Source: Candidatus Latescibacterota bacterium
GTDB taxonomy: Bacteria; Latescibacterota; UBA2968; UBA8231
Assembly: GCA_965243025.1 (NCBI GenBank)
Contig: CBDETY010000003.1
Coordinates: forward strand, 3,456,001-3,520,000
Direction of reading: 5' to 3'
DNA: 64,000 bases
Position 1 is the first letter of the stretch, and each line of letters opens with the position of its first letter. The translations under genes and the position numbers were made by a program. Under the pieces are notes generated by a model, which saw nothing but the letters and a program-made list of their open reading frames with translations, did no database searches and had not been told where the DNA came from. Below, piece by piece: positions 18,502 through 27,520 of the stretch.

Positions 18502-18989
18502 CAGCCGCCCTCCCTGTCCCGCAGGACGCGCCACAACTGCGCCAGGCCCTGGAGGATCATCAGGCCCACCCCGGCGGCGAGAAGCGTCTTCAGGGTCACC
18601 GGGATCGGCAGGTCGGAGGCGGTGCCGGTGCGCTCCATGACCGCCAGCGACTTGCCCGCCTGCACCGCGGCCCCGTACAGCAGGGCAGAGAGGAAATAGA
18701 GGGCGATCAGCAGGTTGACCACCGTCAGCAGGCGCCGTCCGCGGGCCGGCAGCATGTCGAACACGAGGCTGATGCGGATGTGGTCCTTCCGCTGCAGGGT
18801 GTAGGAGCCGGCGATGATGAAGGCCGCAGCGGTCAGGAAGATGCTGACTTCGTGCACCCAGGTGGTGGGGGCGTTGAAGAAGTAGCGCAGAATGACCTCG
18901 TAGAAGGTCAGCGCCACCGCGGCGAGGAATACCAGACTGGTCGCCTCGCCGATGCCGCGGACTGCCCGGTCCAGCCGGGGCTCGCTCAC
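18501..18989 (-). CDS. dctQ: TRAP transporter small permease
   Basis: GTG start overlapping the dctP stop; YEVILRYFFNAPTTWVHE, HIRI; 4 TM. Confidence 0.88.
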   Translation of the reverse strand: MSEPRLDRAVRGIGEATSLVFLAAVALTFYEVILRYFFNAPTTWVHEVSIFLTAAAFIIAGSYTLQRKDHIRISLVFDMLPARGRRLLTVVNLLIALYFLSALLYGAAVQAGKSLAVMERTGTASDLPIPVTLKTLLAAGVGLMILQGLAQLWRVLRDREGG

Positions 18990-20074
18990 ATCAGCCCCAG
19001 TTTTGCGAGATAGGCGAGATGGGAATCGTAGATCCGCTGCGCCATCTCGCTGCGCTCGGCGAAATCCTTGAGCACCTCGGTGGCGATGACCCGGAAGCGG
19101 AGGCGCTCCTCCCTGTTCCAGGTCACCAGCTCGACCCCCTGCTCCCTGGCCGTCTGCGCGGCGGCGGCGTCCGCCTCGGCCATCTCCTGGATCATCTGGC
19201 GCGCGAAGTCCCGCACCGCCGCCTCGAGGATCGCCTGGATGTCGGGGGGCAGCTCGTTCCAGCGGTCCATGTTGACGGCGACGTCCCCCATCGGCAGGGA
19301 GTGGAAACCCGGGTAGATCTGGTAGGGGGCGATCTTGTGGTAGCCGAGGTCGACGTTCATCCCCAGGGTCCCCCAGTCGGTGGCGTCGATGACGCCGCGG
19401 TCGAGGGAGGTGTAGACCTCGCTGCCCGGGATGTTGACCGGGGCCGCGCCGATGCGCTTGAAGATCTCCTGATTCAGCCCCTCGGGGATGCGCATCTTCA
19501 CCCCCTTGAGGTCGTCGACCGAGAGCAGCGGCTTCTTCGACGGGATCGACTCCATCCCGTGCCAGACCGAACCGACGTAGAACAGGTTGAAGCGGCCGTA
19601 GAGCTCGCGCGCAAGCTCCTTGCCGCCGCCGTACTCGAACCACATCTGCATCTGGTAGGCGTTCTCGTAGGCCCCGGGGAACTCCGACAGCATGGCGAAG
19701 CCGGCGTCCTTCCCCGCAGAGTAGCCCGGGCCGCTCTGGTGGCCGTCGAGGATGCCGGAGCCGACCGCCTCGAGGGTCTCGTTGTAGGCGACGAGGGTCC
19801 CGACCGGCACCGGGGTGATGGCGAGGCGGCCGCCCGTCAGGGCGGCGACGTTCTCGCAGAACTGCTCGAAGACGCCGTGGTTGATGGAGCCGGCCTGCCA
19901 CAGGGACTGGATCGTCCAGTCGAACTGCTGGGCGCCTGCCCTGCCGGCGATCAGGATCAGGGCCGCCGCGGCGGCGAAGCCGAGCAGGGGCGGGGTCTTG
20001 CGGGCGGGATGGAGAGCAGGGACCGCTTTGGCCCGGTCAGGGCGGTGTGCGGCCCCCTTCGTCATGGTCTTCAC
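18986..20074 (-). CDS. dctP: TRAP transporter substrate-binding protein
   Basis: Signal peptide ending AGA; DDLKGVKMRIP, EVYTSLDRGVIDA, WNELPPDIQAI. Confidence 0.9.
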   Translation of the reverse strand: MKTMTKGAAHRPDRAKAVPALHPARKTPPLLGFAAAAALILIAGRAGAQQFDWTIQSLWQAGSINHGVFEQFCENVAALTGGRLAITPVPVGTLVAYNETLEAVGSGILDGHQSGPGYSAGKDAGFAMLSEFPGAYENAYQMQMWFEYGGGKELARELYGRFNLFYVGSVWHGMESIPSKKPLLSVDDLKGVKMRIPEGLNQEIFKRIGAAPVNIPGSEVYTSLDRGVIDATDWGTLGMNVDLGYHKIAPYQIYPGFHSLPMGDVAVNMDRWNELPPDIQAILEAAVRDFARQMIQEMAEADAAAAQTAREQGVELVTWNREERLRFRVIATEVLKDFAERSEMAQRIYDSHLAYLAKLGLM

Positions 20075-20100
20075 GTGATCGCCTTTCGTCTTTTCGTCGC

Positions 20101-21108
20101 TTACTTCTGCATGAACCCGGCGATGTCGATCGGCTCTCCCCCGCGGCGCGCCGATTCCCAGCCGGCGAGCACCGGGGCCAGCGAGTAGAGGCCGTCGTGG
20201 TAGTCGTTGAGGAGGCCGCTGTCGTCGCCGCTGCGCACCGCCTCGCAGAAGCGGCGGTCGAGTTCGAACCAGGGGTTGTACTCCTCCCCCTCGAAGACGC
20301 GCTCGCCGTTCATGTCGATGTGGCTGTAGTTGTGGACGCCGACGTAGCCGCCCTCGTAGTAGAGGAGGAAGTAGGGCTCGTCGGCGGGCTTGCCGGCGGA
20401 GGCGGCGACGAAGCTCATCGTCATGGTCGCCCCGTTCGACATCGAGAAGTTGAACGACGCCGACGTCGGCACCGGGTGGCGTCCGGGGTGGTTGAAGAAG
20501 CACTGCGCGGCGGCGACGTCGAGGCCGCTCATGTAGCGGCAGTAGTCGACCGCGTGCGGGCCCCAGTCGAACCAGGAGGTCCCCCCCTTGTCGAGCTGTG
20601 CGCTCCACCCCGCCTCCTCCGAGGGCGGCACCGGCAGGCCGGAGACGCTCTGGAAGCGGATGTGGACGACCTCCCTGCCGGCGAGCAGCCGCTTCGCCTC
20701 CATGAAGATCGGCCGGTAGCGCTCGCGGAAGCAGACGGTGCTGATCACCCCGGCCTCGCGCACCGCTTCGTCGATGCGGCGGGCGACCTGCATCGTCATC
20801 GCCTGCGGTTTCTCGCTGAACAGGTGAATCCCCTTTGAGGCCGCGGTCGCCTCGATGTCGGTGCGCGTGTAAGCCGGCACGATCGACCACAGGGCGTCGA
20901 GCTGCTCCCTGTCGATCATCTGGTGCCCGTCGGTGTACACCGCGGGTATACCGAATGCCTCTGCGGTCCGGCGCGCCTTCTCCTCATCGACGTCGCAGAT
21001 GGCGGCGACCTCGACTCCCTCGATGCGCTCGAGGTTGGGAAGGTGCTGGTTGTTGGCGAAGTTGCCCGCCCCCAGCACACCGGCCCTGATTGTGCGGGAC
21101 TCGCTCAT
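20101..21108 (-). CDS. Gfo/Idh/MocA family oxidoreductase
   Basis: GVLGAGNFA, HLFSEKP, DWGPHAVD. Confidence 0.88.
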   Translation of the reverse strand: MSESRTIRAGVLGAGNFANNQHLPNLERIEGVEVAAICDVDEEKARRTAEAFGIPAVYTDGHQMIDREQLDALWSIVPAYTRTDIEATAASKGIHLFSEKPQAMTMQVARRIDEAVREAGVISTVCFRERYRPIFMEAKRLLAGREVVHIRFQSVSGLPVPPSEEAGWSAQLDKGGTSWFDWGPHAVDYCRYMSGLDVAAAQCFFNHPGRHPVPTSASFNFSMSNGATMTMSFVAASAGKPADEPYFLLYYEGGYVGVHNYSHIDMNGERVFEGEEYNPWFELDRRFCEAVRSGDDSGLLNDYHDGLYSLAPVLAGWESARRGGEPIDIAGFMQK

Positions 21109-21246
21109 CTCTCGGTTGTTCTCCCTGTCGTTTTCGTGCCTGCCTGCGCCAGTCCGATCAAATCCGCCGCCGCCTTATTTTGAGGGGCAAATCGCGGTGA
21201 ATCCCAAACCCTTCATCTGTGCGGTTTTTCCCTCAATCCCGGCCTC

Positions 21247-21717
21247 CTACGCTTGATTTCGCGCGCGGGAAACGGCGGGTCTCGTCAGCACGAACCGGTC
21301 CTCGCTGGGTCGGTAATACCCGGGGACGAACCGCCGTTCGGTGAAGCCCCACTTCTCGTACAGGGCCAGGGCCGCGTCGTTGCCCGGAGAAACCGTGAGG
21401 AACACCGGCAGGCCCATGGCGTCGATCTCCTCGAGCAGCTGGTCGAACAGCCGGCTGCCGATCCCCCGCCCGCGCAGGCCGGCCTCTACGAACACCTTGT
21501 GCAGGCAGTAGGAGCCGCTCGTGCAGGGGAAGGCGACCACCGCCCCGACGAGGCGGCCTCCGCTCTCGGCGCAGAAGACGACGGCGTGCTCGATCCAGAT
21601 GCGCCAGGCGTGCTCGCCGTCGGGGATGAACTCGGCGTTCTCTCCCTGCTTCCAGGCCTCGCGGTCGAGGGCGGCGACGGCGAGGAAATCGGCTGGCCGG
21701 GCTCTTCGTATTTGCAA
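21247..21717 (-). CDS. GNAT family N-acetyltransferase
   Basis: RGRGIGSRL (motif A), NDAALALYEKWGF. Confidence 0.85.
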   Translation of the reverse strand: MQIRRARPADFLAVAALDREAWKQGENAEFIPDGEHAWRIWIEHAVVFCAESGGRLVGAVVAFPCTSGSYCLHKVFVEAGLRGRGIGSRLFDQLLEEIDAMGLPVFLTVSPGNDAALALYEKWGFTERRFVPGYYRPSEDRFVLTRPAVSRARNQA

Positions 21718-21968
21718 ATGGCGGTCCCTTGCGGGGACTCAATTAAAGACACCGCCGGCAAACGAGGAAGGGGCCGCAAGGCCGGCGGGGTCGGCGACTT
21801 CCGGCGGGGATTGGGGGCGGCCGCGGACTCGAAGCATCATCGGCCCGGGCAGGAAGGTCTTTTCAGGGTCGGGCAATTCCGCCGGGCGGCCGACAACCGC
21901 GCCAGGATACATCGCCGGCCGGGGCCGGAAGGTCTTGTGACCGCAAGGCGATTCGCGAGCCGCCGGCT

Positions 21969-23024
21969 TCAGGCAACCCGCAGCCGCGTCCAGCGGATGC
22001 CGCAAACCCCCTCCTCCTCGCACCAGTGGGTGGCGATAAAGGTCTCATCATCGAGGCGCACCGCCGTGGGAAAACCGAAGCGGATCAGGGCGATCTGCTC
22101 CTGGCTGCTGACCTCCCCGGTCAGCTCGAGGCGGGCGCGGCCGTCGTACATGGTCCCCTCGAACTCGACCTCCCAGCGGCCGGCGGCGGCGCGCACCAGG
22201 CACATCTGCACGCTCTGCTCGCCGAAGCGGCGGTTGTAGAGCACGAGGAAGCGGTCGCCCCCCAGCCAGACCGGGGTCATGGTCTGCCCCTGGATCTCCG
22301 TCGAAAAGGGGCCGTCCCAGGTGCGGCCGCCGTCGTCGGAGAAGCTGTAGCGGTTCCTGAGGTCGGTATCCCTCTCGTAATCCTGCACCCAGGCGATCGC
22401 CAGCAGGCGCCCAGGCCCGCACTCGATCACCTTCTGTTCGAGGTAACCGATCTTCCCGCCGGGATCCTCGAACACGGTGCGCATCCGCGGCCAGGTGGCC
22501 CCCCGGTCCCTGGACTCGTGCAGGACCACGCGCTCGCCGTAGCGGCCCTTGTGGAAGGTAGCGGCCGGCGCCAGCCAGGCGCCGTCGCCGGCGACGACGA
22601 TGGAGTTGGAGATCTCGTAGGGGCCGGGCAGCTGGAAGGGGATGACCTGCGGCGCCGACCAGGTGCGGCCGCCGTCGGTCGAACGGCAAAGCACGGGGTC
22701 GCAGGGCAGGCCCTCTTTCCTTTTACCCGACTCGTCCCTCTGGTCCCGCTGTCCGTAGGCGAGGATGGCGCCGTCCGCGGTGCGGCTGAGACGCAGATGG
22801 TTGATGGTCCGCGGGTTCTCCGTCGGCTCGAGGACCGGCCCCTGGTACGACCAGGTGCGGCCCCCGTCGGTCGACCGGGAGCAGTGCGTTCCCCCCGAAA
22901 CGTGGGCTCCGCCGCCGACGCTGTATGCGCAGACCAGGTCGCCGCCGTCCAGTCTCACCACCGTGGGAAAAGCGGAGTCGCTGCGGTCTATGTGGCCGCT
23001 GTCGAGTACTTCGATTCCCGGCAT
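21969..23024 (-). CDS. sialidase-like / BNR (Asp-box) repeat protein
   Basis: Four Asp-boxes: STDGGRTW x2, SRDRGATW, SDDGGRTW; AFP and GFP motifs. Confidence 0.8.
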   Translation of the reverse strand: MPGIEVLDSGHIDRSDSAFPTVVRLDGGDLVCAYSVGGGAHVSGGTHCSRSTDGGRTWSYQGPVLEPTENPRTINHLRLSRTADGAILAYGQRDQRDESGKRKEGLPCDPVLCRSTDGGRTWSAPQVIPFQLPGPYEISNSIVVAGDGAWLAPAATFHKGRYGERVVLHESRDRGATWPRMRTVFEDPGGKIGYLEQKVIECGPGRLLAIAWVQDYERDTDLRNRYSFSDDGGRTWDGPFSTEIQGQTMTPVWLGGDRFLVLYNRRFGEQSVQMCLVRAAAGRWEVEFEGTMYDGRARLELTGEVSSQEQIALIRFGFPTAVRLDDETFIATHWCEEEGVCGIRWTRLRVA

Positions 23025-23300
23025 TGTCTGTCTCCTTTCTACTCATTGACCTGCTGGTATGGCCGAAGTCGGGATCGGCGGAGCCCGGTGGCAGCTTCTG
23101 CCCATCAGTTTCTCACCTGGAGCTCGACCTCGCGCAATTCGACCTCGGGCGTCACCCGGGGCCCTGCCGCGTCAGCCAGGCCGCCGGCGAATCCCGCCCG
23201 GGGCCCCGGCCCTCGCGAGGGCGAAGTCGCCAAGGTGCTGCCAGCGTATGGAAATCGTCCCACCTCGAGCAGGCGGCGGAGGGGTGGTGGGCGGATCCAT

Positions 23301-25445
23301 TCAATAGGCCACGGCCAGGCGCTGCAGGCGCTCGAAATCTCCCTCGCTGGTGGCGACCTTCACCCGGGCAAGGTAGAGACCCGGGGGAACCAGCCCGCCC
23401 CGGTCGTCGCGTCCGTCCCAGGATACCCAGTGACGGCCCACCTCCTGTCTTTCCAGACGCGCCGACCACACCCGGGACCCGCTCATCGTGTACACCCCCA
23501 CCACGACCTCGACCCCTTCCTGCAACCGCAGCATCGAGTAGCCGATCCGAACCTGCTCGTTGACCCCGTCCCCCTGCGGCGTGAATACCGGCGGATCCGC
23601 CGAAACCGGCCCCAGGACCTCACCCAGCGACGATGGAACCGCCACGACACGCAAGCGGTTCGTACCGACCTCGGAACTGGCGTCGCCGGCCTCCACGGCC
23701 TGGGGAAGGCCTTCTCCGCCGCGCTCGAACACCTCCCCGCCGAAGGTGCCGGAAGCCCCGTACAGGGCGCTCTCGAAACAGATGCGAAAAGCCGGTTCGC
23801 CCCGGGTCACCGGCCGCGGAAGATACAGGGTGAAACCGGACGCCTCGGCGACCACCTCCTCTGGCGCCACCGCCTGCAGCGGGTCTCCCATCTCCAGGCC
23901 GAGGAACTCCGCCGGCGAAGGAGTCAGCAGGCGCACCGCGTCGAAACCGGTCTTTTCCTCTCCGTCGAACTCGGCGCGTACTTCATACACGAAGCCGGTC
24001 GTTTCCCCGACCCGCACCCGGGTCAGGTTGCCCGCCGGGTGCAGGTCGCCGATACCGGCTATTTCCGCCACCACCCGGTCGGCCAGCAGGGGAGAGATCT
24101 CCACCGCCAGCGAGTCCAGGCGCAGGAACTCCCACAGCTTGTCGGTCCGCAGCTTCACCCGCAGCTGCAGGTAGCGGCCCGGCCGCACCCGCGGCCGGGA
24201 TCCCGATTCTGTCATGGGCGCCGACCAGAAGCTCCAGTTCTCGTGGTCGTGAGAGACAGGACCGCGAAAGCCGACCTGCCTGGGGTCGATCTCGGGCCGG
24301 TTGACCCTCAGCGATCTGTACTCCTCGGCGGTTACCTCGACATGGCCGCCGCGTTTGTTGAAGGTGAACCAGGCTACCGGATCGTCGTCAACACCGGTGC
24401 GCAACTCCACCTCGGCTCTGGCGGCGGCATCCGGAGCGTGAACCAGCGGCCCCTCCTCCTGGCGGCGCCAGGTGCTCGCCGCAATGATCACCCGGCCGGT
24501 GTTGAACTCCCCCCCCAGATCCAGCACCCGGGATTCCCACGACGCCTCGGGCACGAAACCGCGGCCGTAGATCTCCAGTTCCCCCCATCCCAACCGGCGG
24601 ATGCACGGGAAGTCGAGCCAGTCAGGCCCGAAGGCGTGGCCGTACTGCCTCCAGATCTCGTCGATATCGAGGCCGCTGGCCCTGCAGACCTCGTCTGCCT
24701 CGGGAAACGCCCGTATGCGGAAGAAACGCTGGTATTGCAACGGAAAGGTGATGTCGATGACGCCAGTAGGTTCGTAATGCTGCCTGGTCGTGAACAACAC
24801 CTTTTCCAGGGATCGATACGGCGGGATAGTGGCAGTCCCCCATTCGGGATGGATGTACCTCCCGATCCCTTCGTCCAGTACTGCCCGGGGGTCGTTGGTT
24901 GCCGACAGTTCGAAGGCGGTGGGGTTGTAAAACGGGCGGTACGGCTGATCGGTAATGTGGTCGATTCCTTCCGGAGGATAGAAGCGGAAACGCTCGGCGG
25001 GTATCCTGCCCCCCATGTCCAGTGTGTAGAATTCGTCCAGGACGACGGCAAACGCATTGGTCATCACGAATGCGGTTTGCGGATCGCCGTCGACGAGTTG
25101 CACGGGAAGCAGGTGCTGCAGGATACTGTTGATCCCCCGCCAGATGCGGGGCTGCCCTTCGCGATACTCCAGGTCCGCGGGGAACTTGTAGCCGTACCAG
25201 GGTCCCAGCTGGGTGACGATGTTCACCCCGGGATCGAGCTCGCGCGGTTGCAGCGCAGCCGGGGTGGTGAAGTCATCCATCAGGATGTTTGCCGCCGGCT
25301 CTGAGAACTCGTTCCATTCAAATCCCGAGTCACCTCCCAGTTGCCAGAGCTCGATTTCCGCCGAAGCCCGGTCGGGATGGACGAGAGGGCCGGCGGCCGC
25401 GGCAGCCATGATGCCGATGGTTCCGCTGAAGAGCATTCCTTTCAT
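23301..25445 (-). CDS. exported protein with C-terminal FlgD-Ig / CHU_C-like (T9SS CTD-like) domain
   Basis: Signal peptide; C-terminus PPVFTPQGDGVNE...VYTMSG...WDGRDDRGGLVPPGLYLARV. Confidence 0.78.
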   Translation of the reverse strand: MKGMLFSGTIGIMAAAAAGPLVHPDRASAEIELWQLGGDSGFEWNEFSEPAANILMDDFTTPAALQPRELDPGVNIVTQLGPWYGYKFPADLEYREGQPRIWRGINSILQHLLPVQLVDGDPQTAFVMTNAFAVVLDEFYTLDMGGRIPAERFRFYPPEGIDHITDQPYRPFYNPTAFELSATNDPRAVLDEGIGRYIHPEWGTATIPPYRSLEKVLFTTRQHYEPTGVIDITFPLQYQRFFRIRAFPEADEVCRASGLDIDEIWRQYGHAFGPDWLDFPCIRRLGWGELEIYGRGFVPEASWESRVLDLGGEFNTGRVIIAASTWRRQEEGPLVHAPDAAARAEVELRTGVDDDPVAWFTFNKRGGHVEVTAEEYRSLRVNRPEIDPRQVGFRGPVSHDHENWSFWSAPMTESGSRPRVRPGRYLQLRVKLRTDKLWEFLRLDSLAVEISPLLADRVVAEIAGIGDLHPAGNLTRVRVGETTGFVYEVRAEFDGEEKTGFDAVRLLTPSPAEFLGLEMGDPLQAVAPEEVVAEASGFTLYLPRPVTRGEPAFRICFESALYGASGTFGGEVFERGGEGLPQAVEAGDASSEVGTNRLRVVAVPSSLGEVLGPVSADPPVFTPQGDGVNEQVRIGYSMLRLQEGVEVVVGVYTMSGSRVWSARLERQEVGRHWVSWDGRDDRGGLVPPGLYLARVKVATSEGDFERLQRLAVAY

Positions 25446-25616
25446 GGTGACTCTCAGGCTCCCCACGCAGCGCGCGCTGCTGCCGGCGGGCTCCCAGGCC
25501 CCGCCCCTCGACATTGCCGCACCGCCGGTTCGGCGTACCTTGTCCGCTCCGGGAGCCGATGCTCGGAAGATCCCGCTCGATTCCGAAACGCGACATGCGC
25601 CGCTGCCGGGAAAGTT

Positions 25617-25652
25617 TGCAATCAATATATGCAATCCCCATATGCAATCCCC
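25617..25652. promoter_or_regulatory. three TGCAATC direct repeats at 13-bp period in a divergent intergenic region
   Basis: TGCAATC at 25617, 25630 and 25643 within an AT-rich patch. Confidence 0.45.
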
Positions 25653-25931
25653 GGCCGCAACAGGCCGGGACCGGGGACCCCGGGCGACGGGGAATGGATC
25701 TTCGAGGCAGTCGGTTTTCGTTCCGTCCAGGAGCCCTTCAGGGGATGCAAGGCGGGGGATCGGCTCCCGACTGCCGCGCCGGCAACCCGGGGGAACCGGC
25801 GCGGATGCCCTGCCTTCGTGCCGGCCCTGCCTTCGTTCCGGGCCCGCCCCGGGCGCATGTCCCTCCGTTTCCGGGGCAGTAGCGGCCGGAGCGGGATTTG
25901 ACGATCCTCTGCACGCGAAGGGACTGACCCG

Positions 25932-26711
25932 ATGACCGACGACGAGAAATACCTCTTCGACCTCACCGGCTACCTCGTCCTCAGGGACGTTGTCGATCCG
26001 GACCTCATCGCCGGCGCCAACCGCGCCATAGACCATTACTTCGACGAGCTCGAGGAGCACGAGCGGCGCTTCGAAGGGGATTCGAAGGCGCTGACCAGCG
26101 AGGTCAGGCAGAAGTGGTGCGAAGAGATGATCGCCTGGGAGAAACCCCACTGCGAGCCGTTCCGGGAGCTCATGGTCCAGCCGGCGGTCAAGCCCTACCT
26201 CAGCGAGCTGCTCGGCCCCGGTTACCGCACCTCCGGGCCGCCCCGGCTCATCGTCATGGATCCGGGGTGCGCCGGCCATTACATGCACGGAGGCCGCGTC
26301 GACCGGCAGGGCTTCGATTTCTCCTACTCGGCGAAGTTCGGCAACATCCACTGCAGCCTTCTTCTGGTCGAGTTCCCCCTCGCCGACGAGGGACCCGGGG
26401 AGGGGGGTCTGGCGGTGGTTCCGGGCGGGCACAAGGCCAACTACCCGATCCCGCAGAGCCTGAGGGACTACGAGGACCACCAGGAGGAGATCGTCGAGGT
26501 CGAGGTCAGGGCCGGGGACGCGGTGATCTTCCCCGAGACCACCATTCACGGCACCATGGTGTGGCGCGGCAGCCATCAGCGGCGCACCCTGCTGCACGGA
26601 TACAACCCCGCGTACCAGGGGGGTGAGCTTTCCCGCCTCAAGGTGTCGTACCCCGACTACATCCAGGACATGACGGAAGAGCAGCGGAGCATGCTGCGCG
26701 CTCCGGTCTGA
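25932..26711 (+). CDS. PhyH family Fe/2OG oxygenase, HxG variant
   Basis: EKYLFDLTGYLVL, MHGG, GGLAVVPGGHK, AGDAVIFPETTIHGT. Confidence 0.88.
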   Translation: MTDDEKYLFDLTGYLVLRDVVDPDLIAGANRAIDHYFDELEEHERRFEGDSKALTSEVRQKWCEEMIAWEKPHCEPFRELMVQPAVKPYLSELLGPGYRTSGPPRLIVMDPGCAGHYMHGGRVDRQGFDFSYSAKFGNIHCSLLLVEFPLADEGPGEGGLAVVPGGHKANYPIPQSLRDYEDHQEEIVEVEVRAGDAVIFPETTIHGTMVWRGSHQRRTLLHGYNPAYQGGELSRLKVSYPDYIQDMTEEQRSMLRAPV

Positions 26712-26727
26712 CAAAGGCAGGGCAGCG

Positions 26728-27507
26728 GTGAACGACGACGAAAAATTCCTCTTCGACCTGAAGGGGTACCTGGTGCTCAGGGAAGTGCTCTCCCCCGAGG
26801 AGGTGGCCCGCTGCAACGAGGCGATCGACCGCCACGCCGGCACCTTCTTCGAGACCGGGCGCAGACTCGAGGGGGATTCCCGGGTCCTCGGGGGCACTGC
26901 AAAGCAGAAGTGGATGGAGGGGATGCTGGCCTGGGAGCGCCCCTGGTGCGAGCCGTTCCGCGAGCTGCTCGTGCACCCGCGCATCACACCCCTTCTGGGG
27001 GAGCTGCTCGACAAACCCCGCCTCGACCACGGCCCCCTGCTGATCGCCATGGACAAGGGGAACGGCGGCCACTATCTCCACGGCGGTGCGGTCGAGCGCC
27101 AGGATTTCTCGCAGACCTACGAGTTCAAGTACGGCCGGATGTTCTGCGGCCTCACCGTGGTCGAGTTCCAGCTCGCCGCCGAAGGCCCGGGCGACGGCGG
27201 CCTCGCCATCGTTCCGGGGTCCCACAAGAGCCATTTCCCGATGCCGGGGAGCCTGGCGATGTACGAGCAGTACCGCGACTACGTGAAGGAGATCCACACC
27301 GAGCCGGGGGACGCCGTCATCTTCACCGAGGCGGTCACCCACGGCACCCTGGTCTGGCAGGGGGAGCACCAGCGGCGCTCGCTCATCTACAAGTACAACA
27401 CCGGTTTCCAGGCCCACGGGCCGGGGTACCACCGCTCCCAGCTGCCGGAATTCGCCCTCGACATGAGCGACGAGCAGCGAACCTTGTTCCGCGCCACCGG
27501 ACAGTAG
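26728..27507 (+). CDS. PhyH family Fe/2OG oxygenase, HxG variant
   Basis: EKFLFDLKGYLVL, LHGG, GGLAIVPGSHK, PGDAVIFTEAVTHGT. Confidence 0.88.
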   Translation: MNDDEKFLFDLKGYLVLREVLSPEEVARCNEAIDRHAGTFFETGRRLEGDSRVLGGTAKQKWMEGMLAWERPWCEPFRELLVHPRITPLLGELLDKPRLDHGPLLIAMDKGNGGHYLHGGAVERQDFSQTYEFKYGRMFCGLTVVEFQLAAEGPGDGGLAIVPGSHKSHFPMPGSLAMYEQYRDYVKEIHTEPGDAVIFTEAVTHGTLVWQGEHQRRSLIYKYNTGFQAHGPGYHRSQLPEFALDMSDEQRTLFRATGQ

Positions 27508-27520
27508 CCGAAAGAGCCCC

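Noticed and set aside
21771-21936. Mini-CRISPR
   Set aside because: The intervening segments resemble each other, the repeats are degenerate and there are no cas genes
23301-27056. 1251-aa ORF as a single giant protein
   Set aside because: The 5' part is antisense to the PhyH genes; the real protein starts near 25445 with a signal peptide
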